Shown: one piece after another, positions 34,840 through 43,798 of the stretch | Layout of the letters: each line of letters starts with the position of its first letter | Numbering within the stretch: position 1 is the stretch's first letter | Assembly (NCBI GenBank): GCA_965215125.1 | Contig: OZ244052.1 | Span: 864,001 to 928,000 of the forward strand | Source of the DNA: an uncultured candidatus Porisulfidus sp. | Lineage (GTDB): Bacteria; Pseudomonadota; Gammaproteobacteria; Poriferisulfidales; Oxydemutatoraceae | Reading direction: 5' to 3' | DNA: 64,000 bases | Notes under the pieces: model-generated | Seen by the model: only the letters and a program-made list of their open reading frames with translations | Told to the model about the DNA's origin: nothing | Databases searched by the model: none | Translations under genes and position numbers: made by a program

Positions 34840-35300
34840 CCACAACCGCTCGCGTGCAGATACGCTGGGGCCGTTGAAAAAGTACTGTGTTTGCACAATT
34901 GCAACCGCTTTGCGCCACATAATTATCCAACCCACCTGTAGGGGCAGACCTGTGTGTCTGCCCTTAAGTACCGTTCTGCACGATACCAACCGCTTGCGCC
35001 ATATGGTTTTGGTTTCCATAAATCGGGTGGATTAATGTATAAATCTTGCAGATATGACACAACCACCCCGTCAGGCTTCGCCTGCCACCCCTCCGAAGGA
35101 GGGGAATGGACCACCCCGTCAGGCTGCGCCTGCCACCCCTCCACAGGAGGGGAATGTACCGATACCATACTGGTACAGATCCGATGCGACCACCCCGTGA
35201 AAAGGCTTACATTTTGTACCATTAAAGTTTTGCACAACGTTACGCCGATTGACCTACTGGCTCAATCGGCGATTCTATGCAACAAACGGCGGTTCTGCTG
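34840..35300 (-). repeat. Mosaic of repeats D, C, two A copies and B interrupting the ABC operon
   Basis: GGGGCCGTTGAAAAAGTA; GTAGGGGCAGACCTGTGTGTCTGCCC; two A units; B palindrome. Confidence 0.85.
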
Positions 35301-35307
35301 GTTCCAA

Positions 35308-36288
35308 TCAGCTGTCTTTGATTGCTACACCCCAAGGATAACTTCCGACCGCTATAGATTTTATTACCTTTTGGCTTTCAATATCTATAACCGAGATATC
35401 GTTGCTGACACCGTTCGTCGTATACACTCTGGTTTCGTCGGCATTGAAATCCAACTGCCAGACCCGTCTGCCGACCAATAGATATTTCTCCACTTCAAGG
35501 TTTTGTACATCTACTACGGCAACACGGCTCGCAGGTCCTAGTGCCACGAATGCGTACTTGTCGTCATCGGTGATGCGCACGCCGACCGGCTGTATTTCTT
35601 CTTTCTTCAGACCGGGGATCGAAAATTCAATGTCCTTTATTATTTTAGGGTTCTTTGCGTCGATCACGCTGACCGTGCTGCCGAGTTCGGCCGACACCCA
35701 GACCTGCTTGCCGTCGTGTGTGAATTCGGCAAAACGCGGGCGTGTTCCGACCAGCACATTAGCAGTCAATTCGCGGCTTCCGACATCCAGAAAGTGTGCC
35801 ATATTGCTCGTCTCCGATGTAACAACAACTGTTTTGCCGTCGGGACTAACGCCCACACCTTCGGGCTCCTCACCGACCTCTATTTCCGCAACGATTTTTC
35901 TCGCTGCGATATCAACGATCGAAACTTTGGCATCATCCTCGTTGGCAACATAGATCGTCGTGTTGTCCGGAGAAATTGCCATCAGTTCGGGATCGGGGCC
36001 GGAAGGCAAATTGCCGATTATTTCATGGGTAGCCAAATCAAGTATTTGGATTGTATCGTCGTCGCTTGCACAGATATAAAGAAACTTTTGCTCTCTACCC
36101 ATGATAAGCCCACGCGGCCGTTGCCCAACCTTGACGGTTTTAATCACTTCTAGTGATTCACCGTCGATAATACTGAGCGTATTATCCTTTTCGTTGGAAA
36201 CATAAATCGTTTCGGCAAACAAAAGTGGACTACACATGATAAGCGTAAAAAATACCATCCGCTTCAGATTACTTAAAAAATAAGACAT
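35308..36288 (-). CDS. YVTN beta-propeller protein of PQQ-dependent catabolism (LutB/PedA2-like)
   Basis: YVSNEK, GQRPRG, SGPDPE, YLLVGRRVWQ, YTTNG. Confidence 0.88.
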   Translation of the reverse strand: MSYFLSNLKRMVFFTLIMCSPLLFAETIYVSNEKDNTLSIIDGESLEVIKTVKVGQRPRGLIMGREQKFLYICASDDDTIQILDLATHEIIGNLPSGPDPELMAISPDNTTIYVANEDDAKVSIVDIAARKIVAEIEVGEEPEGVGVSPDGKTVVVTSETSNMAHFLDVGSRELTANVLVGTRPRFAEFTHDGKQVWVSAELGSTVSVIDAKNPKIIKDIEFSIPGLKKEEIQPVGVRITDDDKYAFVALGPASRVAVVDVQNLEVEKYLLVGRRVWQLDFNADETRVYTTNGVSNDISVIDIESQKVIKSIAVGSYPWGVAIKDS

Positions 36289-36302
36289 TTTATTACCTCC
36301 TG

Positions 36303-37538
36303 TCATCGTTTAACTTCATTGAGTTTACACTCTACTTCGTAGTCATCAAAACCCATTGTATCCAACTGGGATCTTTGATGAAGAAACTGGTTTTGAGGGG
36401 AAACCGAAACTAGTGAAGTCGGCGACACCAGTAATATCGGCTGGCGTAGTTGTTGGTTCCAAGGGCGGAATGTCATCGGTTGTCCCTTATATCCCGCTAA
36501 TTCGAATTTGTCGCTGATGATATACGCTGCTATATCGTTGCTGTCTACCGATTGCGAGCGAGTGACGGCTTCGCTTATGCTGCGTATTGCCGACCATACA
36601 CCGTAATCTTTTTCCGACATATAGCGTTCAAAGTTGTTGTGAAAACGTTTTTGTATTTGTGCCGCCCCCCACTGTTCGTGCGCTCTGTGCCAAGCGACCG
36701 GCATCAATCCTTGCGAACCTACCACCACCGAAGGTTTCCAAGTCCGATACATCAGGTATTCGCCGAATTCTCCGACCATATCGGCAACGACCAGCACATC
36801 GTAGTCCGGTGCATCTTGAGTAAAGACCGGCACGGTGGAAGCTGCGGTGCGGCGCATATCGGCGGTATCAAAGTCCCATTTTTTCTCGGCCACGATTTTT
36901 CCACCGAACTTTTTCGCTGCGCGCCGCAATGCTGCCGCAAAACCGGCATCCGATTTTCTCTTCCCTTCTATCAAAAACCATCTGTTCCATTTTTTCACGA
37001 TTAGATATTGAGCGAGTGCGTCGGCGCGCATCGCATGACTCGGTGTGAAGTGAAAGATATTTTTTCGGCATTGTTCGGTGCGTAGAAAATCGTCGTCTGC
37101 GTCGATATTATAAAACCACGATTGTTTGCCTTGTTCCGAATCGGCCGTGGCAAGCAACTCTTCGGCATCCAGATTGACGACGAAATGTCGTATGCCTTGC
37201 TTGAATAAATCGTCCAAAGCTTTTGCCGGATCGTCGTTCTCCCCGAGGATGGCCGATTTGAGCGTGTAGTTATGACCTAAGAATTTTCCGGTCGTATTGC
37301 TATCTTTTATACCTTGCATACCACCGAGCAGACCGTCATCTTCGGGCGGTAGTTCTATATTGGACATTTTGGGCAATACTTCGGTCTCTTTTTTGATATA
37401 GGCAATGTCAATATTTTTGACGGTTTGTTGGGCAATCGCCGTTGCGGTAAATCCGAATAGGCAAATCATCGCAAGGACATATTGCATCAGCCACCGTGGA
37501 TATTGAGGCTGTGATAAGAAGGGTTTGTTGTGACGCAT
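36303..37538 (-). CDS. ABC substrate-binding protein of the PQQ-alcohol dehydrogenase system (LutA/PedA1-like)
   Basis: DSNTTGKF, PSHAMRADALAQYL, EQWGAAQ, FRPWNQQLRQP, LDTMGFD. Confidence 0.88.
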   Translation of the reverse strand: MRHNKPFLSQPQYPRWLMQYVLAMICLFGFTATAIAQQTVKNIDIAYIKKETEVLPKMSNIELPPEDDGLLGGMQGIKDSNTTGKFLGHNYTLKSAILGENDDPAKALDDLFKQGIRHFVVNLDAEELLATADSEQGKQSWFYNIDADDDFLRTEQCRKNIFHFTPSHAMRADALAQYLIVKKWNRWFLIEGKRKSDAGFAAALRRAAKKFGGKIVAEKKWDFDTADMRRTAASTVPVFTQDAPDYDVLVVADMVGEFGEYLMYRTWKPSVVVGSQGLMPVAWHRAHEQWGAAQIQKRFHNNFERYMSEKDYGVWSAIRSISEAVTRSQSVDSNDIAAYIISDKFELAGYKGQPMTFRPWNQQLRQPILLVSPTSLVSVSPQNQFLHQRSQLDTMGFDDYEVECKLNEVKR

Positions 37539-37577
37539 GGTAGTATCCTAAATATTTAGAGAGGGGACATAACTTGC

Positions 37578-38438
37578 TTACAATTCAAATTCTAAGCCGA
37601 TGCCGGCCCATGTTTGATCGTCATATTCTCCTTCTGCATCCTCGTTGTTGCGTTCGCGGCGGAGATTTTCCTCGGCAAAGGAGTGTGTAGCATACGCCCC
37701 CAAACTAACCGAGTCGGTCAACGGTACGGTGACCGCTAAACCAATAAGTATGTTGTTTAGTCCGTCGTATTCATCGGTAACATAACCGAAATCAATCAAG
37801 GCACCTACATAAGGTTCTATGCTGAAACGCTCCATCTCTATTTCTCTTGCCAGTTCAACTTCAACCATACCACCGTCCGCTTCTGTAGAGTATGTATAAG
37901 ACAAGTCCGGATTAATCTCAAAGGGCAAACATCCGTCGCATGAGAGGCTTAGGAAAAACTCGTGATCGTTAGGTTCTTCCTCTTCTTCGTCTTCATCCAT
38001 GTCACCGTCACCGTTCCCGTTCTCTTCCTCCTCGTCTCCTTCATCCTCATATACCCAGGTATAGCCGAGTGTCATGCTGTAGTCATTCCACTCCCACTCC
38101 TTACCTACGGTTAACTCGGATTCGCGAAAACTGCCCGACTCTCCTAGTTCTAGAACTACTAACTCGGCTCCGATAAAGAAACTCGGCACTTCAAAATCTC
38201 CGATTTCCAATCCTTCAAATTCAACCTCAAGCTCCGGTGTGAATACGGCGCGCCCCGGCACCTCAACGATACCTTCTTCTACAAATCTGTTGCTAAAAAA
38301 TAATTCTAACTCGGCGGAAATACCCTCTTCGTCATCGTCGTCATGATTGTCTGCATGAACGAACGAACTAAAACTAAGAACGATGAGAGACAAGCCGACA
38401 CATAAAAGATAAAGTAATCTTTTCTTGAAATTAAACAT
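37578..38438 (-). CDS. Highly acidic outer-membrane beta-barrel protein
   Basis: GAGGAG RBS; signal peptide; alternating beta-strand pattern ending WAGIGLEFEL; D/E-rich loops. Confidence 0.7.
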   Translation of the reverse strand: MFNFKKRLLYLLCVGLSLIVLSFSSFVHADNHDDDDEEGISAELELFFSNRFVEEGIVEVPGRAVFTPELEVEFEGLEIGDFEVPSFFIGAELVVLELGESGSFRESELTVGKEWEWNDYSMTLGYTWVYEDEGDEEEENGNGDGDMDEDEEEEEPNDHEFFLSLSCDGCLPFEINPDLSYTYSTEADGGMVEVELAREIEMERFSIEPYVGALIDFGYVTDEYDGLNNILIGLAVTVPLTDSVSLGAYATHSFAEENLRRERNNEDAEGEYDDQTWAGIGLEFEL

Positions 38439-38748
38439 CTTAGACTCCTCAAAAATTAAAAAATGTGCGTGACTATGTGCATAAATATGACATGACAATT
38501 GAACTTCGTAGCATAGCATATATAGCCGTGTAGTATAACAATCAATTAAGGCATGGAACAAGCGATAACGCAAAAAAAACAAAAAAAACGATATATAAAA
38601 TAAATTATGATTTTGCGCGAATAAAGGGTGATATCTGCACAATCACCAGCTAAAAACTCTAAATAGAGTAACCCCTCGGATGATTATCAATCTATCGCTA
38701 TCGGTTCATGCTACAATTTAAGTTTCTAATCTGAAAGGCATACCATAA

Positions 38749-39474
38749 ATGATAGATAACAAACTCAATTATCCGCATTTACTATTGTTGCAGTGGCTTA
38801 TTTTCATTTTTGTTTTAACATTCTTTACATGGTTGGCGTGGCAGCAAGGCGTAATACAAGATGTTCTAAAAACGGATCCGACCAGACTCTCTTTGATAAT
38901 CATGCTGATTTTTATCGTCGGCACTATCCATTGTGCGATACGCAGTGTGTTCTTGTCGCGACAATTAAACGAATTAGGAAAAATCATCAACGCACCGGGC
39001 AAATTACATTTTGCCGATAACCGCTTATATTTTGATAATCAAGTGCTAGCTTCGTCGTTGATAGCCGATTATTTGGTCGGCGTTTTTCGTTACCGCCAAT
39101 CGTTGGCCGATCAAGCCGGCGCGCAGCAAGCATCCAAACTTGACGAAGTATTAAGCGAGCACGCCAACGGCTCGCACGAAAGCGGGTGGTTTTTTTCGCA
39201 GTTGTTGATCAAGCTGGGATTGCTGGGAACCGTCATTGGTTTTATACTCATGCTGAAATCGCTATCTAGTTCGTCGTTGTCCGATGTTTCGCAAGTTTAT
39301 GTGTTATTCGGTGATATGGCACAAGGTATGAGAGTAGCACTCAACACCACATTAACCGGGTTGCTCGGTGCGATGTTGCTCGGGCTGCAATATCTGATGT
39401 TGGATCGTGGTGCCGATCGCTTGTTATCCGGTGTAACCCATTTCGCCGAGACTTACCCCGAGACGACCGAGTAA
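38749..39474 (+). CDS. MotA/TolQ/ExbB-family channel protein
   Basis: KLGLLGTVIGFI and GMRVALNTTLTGL motifs. Confidence 0.85.
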   Translation: MIDNKLNYPHLLLLQWLIFIFVLTFFTWLAWQQGVIQDVLKTDPTRLSLIIMLIFIVGTIHCAIRSVFLSRQLNELGKIINAPGKLHFADNRLYFDNQVLASSLIADYLVGVFRYRQSLADQAGAQQASKLDEVLSEHANGSHESGWFFSQLLIKLGLLGTVIGFILMLKSLSSSSLSDVSQVYVLFGDMAQGMRVALNTTLTGLLGAMLLGLQYLMLDRGADRLLSGVTHFAETYPETTE

Positions 39475-39494
39475 AAATTCTTTTCCCAGATACG

Positions 39495-40106
39495 ATGGCT
39501 TTTAAGCGACAGGCACGAACCGCACTTGCGATGGATCCTTTCACCGATTTACTATTCAATGTGTTGCTGGTGTTTACTTTTTTATTTATGGTTGCAATTA
39601 TTTTTTTAAATCCGACATCCAAGGACGGCAATGTAGAATTAAAAGCCGAATATATTATTACGGTCAAATGGCCCGATCAAAGTCCGGACGATGTCGATAC
39701 ATGGGTAGAGGATCCGCAAGGACATCTTGTTTGGTTTAATAATAACGAGGCTGGTTTTATGCATTTAGATCGCGACGATCGCGGCACGAGCAACGATACG
39801 ATAATGGTTGACGGCAAAGCAGTCGTCAATCCCTTGAATCAAGAAATAGTAACGCTCAGAAAACCGATCCCGGGCGAATACACCGTCAACCTACATTACT
39901 ATAAATCCAATACCAAGAAGCCGGTAACCGCCGAGGTGACCGTGTCTAAGGTGAACCCGTGGCTTGAAATCGTCTACTACGGTGAAGTACTACTGGAGGC
40001 AACCAACTCGGAACGCACCGCAGTACGGTTCAGCGTCAAAGAAGACGGCAGCGTAGGCGAAATCAATACGCTACCGAAGTCTTTGGTTACCGTGGAGCCG
40101 ATATGA
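39495..40106 (+). CDS. ExbD/MotB-like single-TM partner with an uncharacterised periplasmic domain
   Basis: PFTDLLFNVLLVF transmembrane segment with Asp; periplasmic WPD..DDVDTWVEDP..LDRDD. Confidence 0.6.
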   Translation: MAFKRQARTALAMDPFTDLLFNVLLVFTFLFMVAIIFLNPTSKDGNVELKAEYIITVKWPDQSPDDVDTWVEDPQGHLVWFNNNEAGFMHLDRDDRGTSNDTIMVDGKAVVNPLNQEIVTLRKPIPGEYTVNLHYYKSNTKKPVTAEVTVSKVNPWLEIVYYGEVLLEATNSERTAVRFSVKEDGSVGEINTLPKSLVTVEPI

Positions 40107-40615
40107 GTGCCGCGCTTATCGCAATCGTCACCGCTTATGTTGCGCTTGCGGTTTTGCTGCTGGGGTTATGTCTTTATTCGAGATGGCCGGTATGGGTTAA
40201 GGGAGGCGCGATCGTCTTGACCGGCTTTTTTTATTATGCAACCTATTTCTCTTTGCAGGGCTTGCTCGGGTGGCCGACACAAACCGATTTGCCCGTTGAA
40301 TTTATTTTATTGGCAGGCAAAGTAGAAGAACCCGCAGAAAAAAATAAAGACGGCGGTGCAGTCTATCTGTGGGCATTGCCGTTGGATGAAGAGAAAATCA
40401 AAGGTATGCCTCGCGCGTATAGAATGCCGTATTCCAAGTCTCTGCACAATAAAGTCGCCGCAGCCAATAAGAGGTTGCGCCGCGGTATCCCTCAAGTCGG
40501 CAAGCTCAAGAATGTCATCGTGCCGCAGCCGGGCATGGGTCGGACTTTGCTTGTGGAGCCTACACAACGCATTGACATTTACGACTTTCCCGACCCCGAA
40601 TTGCCCGACAAATGA
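40103..40615 (+). CDS. Hypothetical membrane protein
   Basis: Two N-terminal TM segments; ATGA overlap with neighbours. Confidence 0.7.
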   Translation: MSAALIAIVTAYVALAVLLLGLCLYSRWPVWVKGGAIVLTGFFYYATYFSLQGLLGWPTQTDLPVEFILLAGKVEEPAEKNKDGGAVYLWALPLDEEKIKGMPRAYRMPYSKSLHNKVAAANKRLRRGIPQVGKLKNVIVPQPGMGRTLLVEPTQRIDIYDFPDPELPDK

Positions 40616-41328
40616 ATACCACGATGCTGTTTAGAATTTGTACGGTTGCGGTTGTTGCCGCGTGTATGGTTGCCTGCGACCGTGGCAAAGAAATGACTAG
40701 CAGCTATTTTCCGTTGCAACAGGAATTGGAATGGAACTATCTGGTTGTGAGTGAAACCCCTTATGATCGCAACGAAAGCGAACTGAAAATTGACAACGCC
40801 GGAATTTGGGAAGATAAAAATAAGCAGTACCATGTCCGTAGAACGAATACCGGAAACTACTACTATATACAAGACCGCAACGACGGCATTGTGCGAGCGA
40901 CAAAACGGACAATCGTCGAGGCTTACCCGCGTCTGGGCGTTGCCGAGCGTTATATAATCAAATATCCCGTGCAAGCAGGCACGCAGTGGTCGCATAAGGC
41001 CAAGCCTTATCTACTCGCTCGGCATACCCCTACCAGCAACGAACTCAAACAGATCGTCAATTACACAATGGATTGGGAGATCGTCGGCAACGACGCAAAG
41101 ATATCGGTGCCTGCGGGTGAATTTGAAAATTGTCTTCATATTCAAGGTAAGGCTTTGGTTGAGGTGCCCCGATCTCTGGGTGTTGCCACGGACGAAGTTT
41201 GGTTTGAAACCAATGAATGGTACGCACCGAATGTGGGGTTGATAAAACTCGTCCATGAAGAGAAAGCGTATTCCGACCAAGCATACGGTGGTTCCATATC
41301 GCTGGTTTTAATGTCTTTTAACGATTGA
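40612..41328 (+). CDS. Hypothetical lipoprotein
   Basis: Lipobox-like MVAC; VPAGEF...WYAPNVGLIK. Confidence 0.7.
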   Translation: MNTTMLFRICTVAVVAACMVACDRGKEMTSSYFPLQQELEWNYLVVSETPYDRNESELKIDNAGIWEDKNKQYHVRRTNTGNYYYIQDRNDGIVRATKRTIVEAYPRLGVAERYIIKYPVQAGTQWSHKAKPYLLARHTPTSNELKQIVNYTMDWEIVGNDAKISVPAGEFENCLHIQGKALVEVPRSLGVATDEVWFETNEWYAPNVGLIKLVHEEKAYSDQAYGGSISLVLMSFND

Positions 41329-41338
41329 GAGGTTTGAT

Positions 41339-42061
41339 ATGAAAAAAACACTTTACCGTGCCATAAACTATATAGTTTTGATGTTTGCTATGGCTTTCGG
41401 CACGCTTGCCGATGCCGGCGATTTGAGTATTGAGAAAGCAAAGCAATATCTGGCCGACTCCTTTCCCAACGCCGAGATTGACAGCCTAAAACCGGCGGCA
41501 ATGCCCGGTGTCTACGAGATCGTCATTGCAGGTGGCGTTTACTATTTGACCGAAGACGGAAAGTTTTTACTCGCCGGCTCGTTGTACGATCTAGAAAGCG
41601 GTAAAGACCTCACCAAGCAGGCTAAGAACGAATTAAGGAGCAACATCGTTACGAAGCTCGCCGAGCGAGAGGCGATCACTTACGCACCGGCGGACTATCA
41701 ATACACACTGAATGTATTCAGCGATGTAGAATGTCCTTCGTGCCGCAATTTTCACAGTCAAATAGATCAAGTCAATGCGCTCGGTATACGCGTGCGCTAT
41801 TTTCTAACCCCGTTTCTCGGAGATACGGCATACCGGAAAGCAACCAGTGTTTGGTGTGCCGATGATCGCCCGACGGCATTGAACCAAGCCAAACTCGGTA
41901 TGACCGTAGAGGATAAACAATGCGACAACCCGTTGGACGAGAATCTTCGTGTGGCAGAGCTGCTCGGCATCAAAGGCACGCCTTCCTTTCTGCTCGAGAA
42001 CGGTGCATTGCTACAAGGTTATCGTACGCCCAAAGTGCTACTCGATGAAATCAAAAAATAA
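41339..42061 (+). CDS. dsbC: DsbC-family thiol:disulfide isomerase
   Basis: FSDVECPSC, SVWCA, GTP. Confidence 0.85.
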   Translation: MKKTLYRAINYIVLMFAMAFGTLADAGDLSIEKAKQYLADSFPNAEIDSLKPAAMPGVYEIVIAGGVYYLTEDGKFLLAGSLYDLESGKDLTKQAKNELRSNIVTKLAEREAITYAPADYQYTLNVFSDVECPSCRNFHSQIDQVNALGIRVRYFLTPFLGDTAYRKATSVWCADDRPTALNQAKLGMTVEDKQCDNPLDENLRVAELLGIKGTPSFLLENGALLQGYRTPKVLLDEIKK

Positions 42062-42095
42062 AATCAACATATCGGTGATAGCGTAAATTACGTTA

Positions 42096-42869
42096 TTGCG
42101 TATGCCCCCCATAACAGCGATGAATATTAAAAAATTCCCGTTTATTCCGATTGCTTCGGTGGCAGCACTCATCACTATATGGTGGCTGGGTTCTTTAGGT
42201 TTAGGCAGGGATTCATTGCCGACCCCGCTGGATGTACTGACAGTCATAACCCGATACACGGAAAGCGGTGAATTATTCGTCCATATCGGCATCACGCTAT
42301 GGCGCGTGATTGCCAGCTTCACACTTGCCATCGTCATAGGTATGACGATCGGATTGCTGATGGGTGCTTCAATGAGAGCGAACGAAATACTCGATCCGTG
42401 GTTGTTGTTTTTTCTCAATCTACCGGCATTGGTCGTCATCATCCTCGCCTATATCTGGTTGGGGTTGACCGAAGTCGCCGCAGTACTTGCGGTTGCCGTC
42501 AATAAAATACCCAATGTCGTCGTGACTTTACGCGAAGGCGCACGCGCTATGGATAGCGGTTTGCAAAATATGGCACTCGTATTTCAATTCGGCTGGTGGA
42601 AAAAACTACGCCATGTCGTCATGCCGCAGTTGGCACCCTATATCGCGGCGGCAACGCGCTCGGGTATCTCGTTGATCTGGAAGATCGTGTTGGTGGTGGA
42701 ACTGCTCGGGCGCAGCGACGGTGTGGGTTTTCAACTGCATCTGCAATTTCAGTTATTCAATATCGCCGGGATTATGGCGTGGGGTTTAACCTTTGTTATT
42801 ATTATGCAGTTCGTGGAGTTGTTTTTGGTGCAACCCTTCGAACGATATGTCAACCGATGGCGCAAATGA
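42096..42869 (+). CDS. NitT/TauT-type ABC permease
   Basis: TLWRV, LNLPAL, WKIVLVVELLG. Confidence 0.85.
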   Translation: MRMPPITAMNIKKFPFIPIASVAALITIWWLGSLGLGRDSLPTPLDVLTVITRYTESGELFVHIGITLWRVIASFTLAIVIGMTIGLLMGASMRANEILDPWLLFFLNLPALVVIILAYIWLGLTEVAAVLAVAVNKIPNVVVTLREGARAMDSGLQNMALVFQFGWWKKLRHVVMPQLAPYIAAATRSGISLIWKIVLVVELLGRSDGVGFQLHLQFQLFNIAGIMAWGLTFVIIMQFVELFLVQPFERYVNRWRK

Positions 42870-43606
42870 TGTCCACGCCATTGCTCTCGGTTAAGGTCGA
42901 TAAAAAGGATTTTATGCGCCACGACGGAAAACGAATTTCGGTGCTGCGCAATGTTGCGTTCACCATTCCGGATCACGAATTGATTGTCATCACCGGTCCG
43001 TCGGGTTGTGGAAAAACAACACTGCTCAATCTTATCGCCGGACTCGATGCCGACTACCACGGACACATTGAACTACCGCCGAATCCCGACGGTGAGTTGC
43101 CGCTGTCTTATGTATTCCAGAGACCTTGCTTATTACCGTGGCGCACATTAAAAGAAAACATCATGCTGGCTTTGCCCTCGCCACAACACAGCGAAGCAGA
43201 AGTTACATCGCTATTGGAAAAAATGGGCATAGCCGACGCCGCCGATAGTTATCCGAATGCACTGTCTTTAGGTATGGCACGGCGCACCGCCCTGGCACGC
43301 GCATTTGCGGTAAAAGCACCGTTGCTATTGATGGACGAAGCATTTTCATCCATAGACGAACTCACCTCGCAGCGGTTGCGAGAATTGCTTTTGTCGCAAC
43401 TGGAAATCTCATCGCGTATCGTCATTTTCTTGACGCACAACCTGCGCGAAGCATTATTCTTGGGCGATCGTCTGCTGGTCATGTCTAAACGGCCGTCCAC
43501 CGTGGTTGCCGATCTATCGTTGCCGGGAACGCGTGGCCGCCCGCCTGCCGAAGTTGAGTCATTGCATAAAGAAATTTTAGACCAATTCCCGAACATACTC
43601 GGATAA
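42866..43606 (+). CDS. NitT/TauT-type ABC ATP-binding protein
   Basis: GPSGCGKTT, LSLGMARR, LMDE. Confidence 0.88.
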   Translation: MMSTPLLSVKVDKKDFMRHDGKRISVLRNVAFTIPDHELIVITGPSGCGKTTLLNLIAGLDADYHGHIELPPNPDGELPLSYVFQRPCLLPWRTLKENIMLALPSPQHSEAEVTSLLEKMGIADAADSYPNALSLGMARRTALARAFAVKAPLLLMDEAFSSIDELTSQRLRELLLSQLEISSRIVIFLTHNLREALFLGDRLLVMSKRPSTVVADLSLPGTRGRPPAEVESLHKEILDQFPNILG

Positions 43607-43669
43607 TAAAACTTTATCTATTGTATTGATAAATATAATTATTAGTATTTGTTGTTTTTTAGCAACAGT

Positions 43670-43691
43670 TTTGTATCATTTTTGTATCATT
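43670..43691 (+). promoter_or_regulatory. 11-bp tandem direct repeat upstream of the porin gene
   Basis: TTTGTATCATT twice, head to tail. Confidence 0.5.
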
Positions 43692-43798
43692 ACATATTTA
43701 CTTGCTTTATACTACAGGGCATCTAATTATTTAGATGTGTTAGTGGCTTGATTTCAAGCCTAATATTTAATCAGATTAATAACCCTCGGGAGGATAAA

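Noticed and set aside
34718-35481. Short ORFs across repeat mosaics (also 288-753, 8101-8385, 18133-18508, 32147-32615, 45285-45467, 51669-52437)
   Set aside because: They are translations of repeats A-D (recurrent HSPPVEGWQA, DLLAQSA, LHNVTP) with no RBS or protein-family features
38439-38642. N-terminal extension of the 354-aa ORF
   Set aside because: A clear RBS and signal peptide begin at ATG 38438; the upstream part is AT-rich divergent promoter DNA
42596-42865. N-terminal extension of the ABC ATPase ORF
   Set aside because: It overlaps the permease gene out of frame; the ATGA-coupled start at 42866 is more plausible
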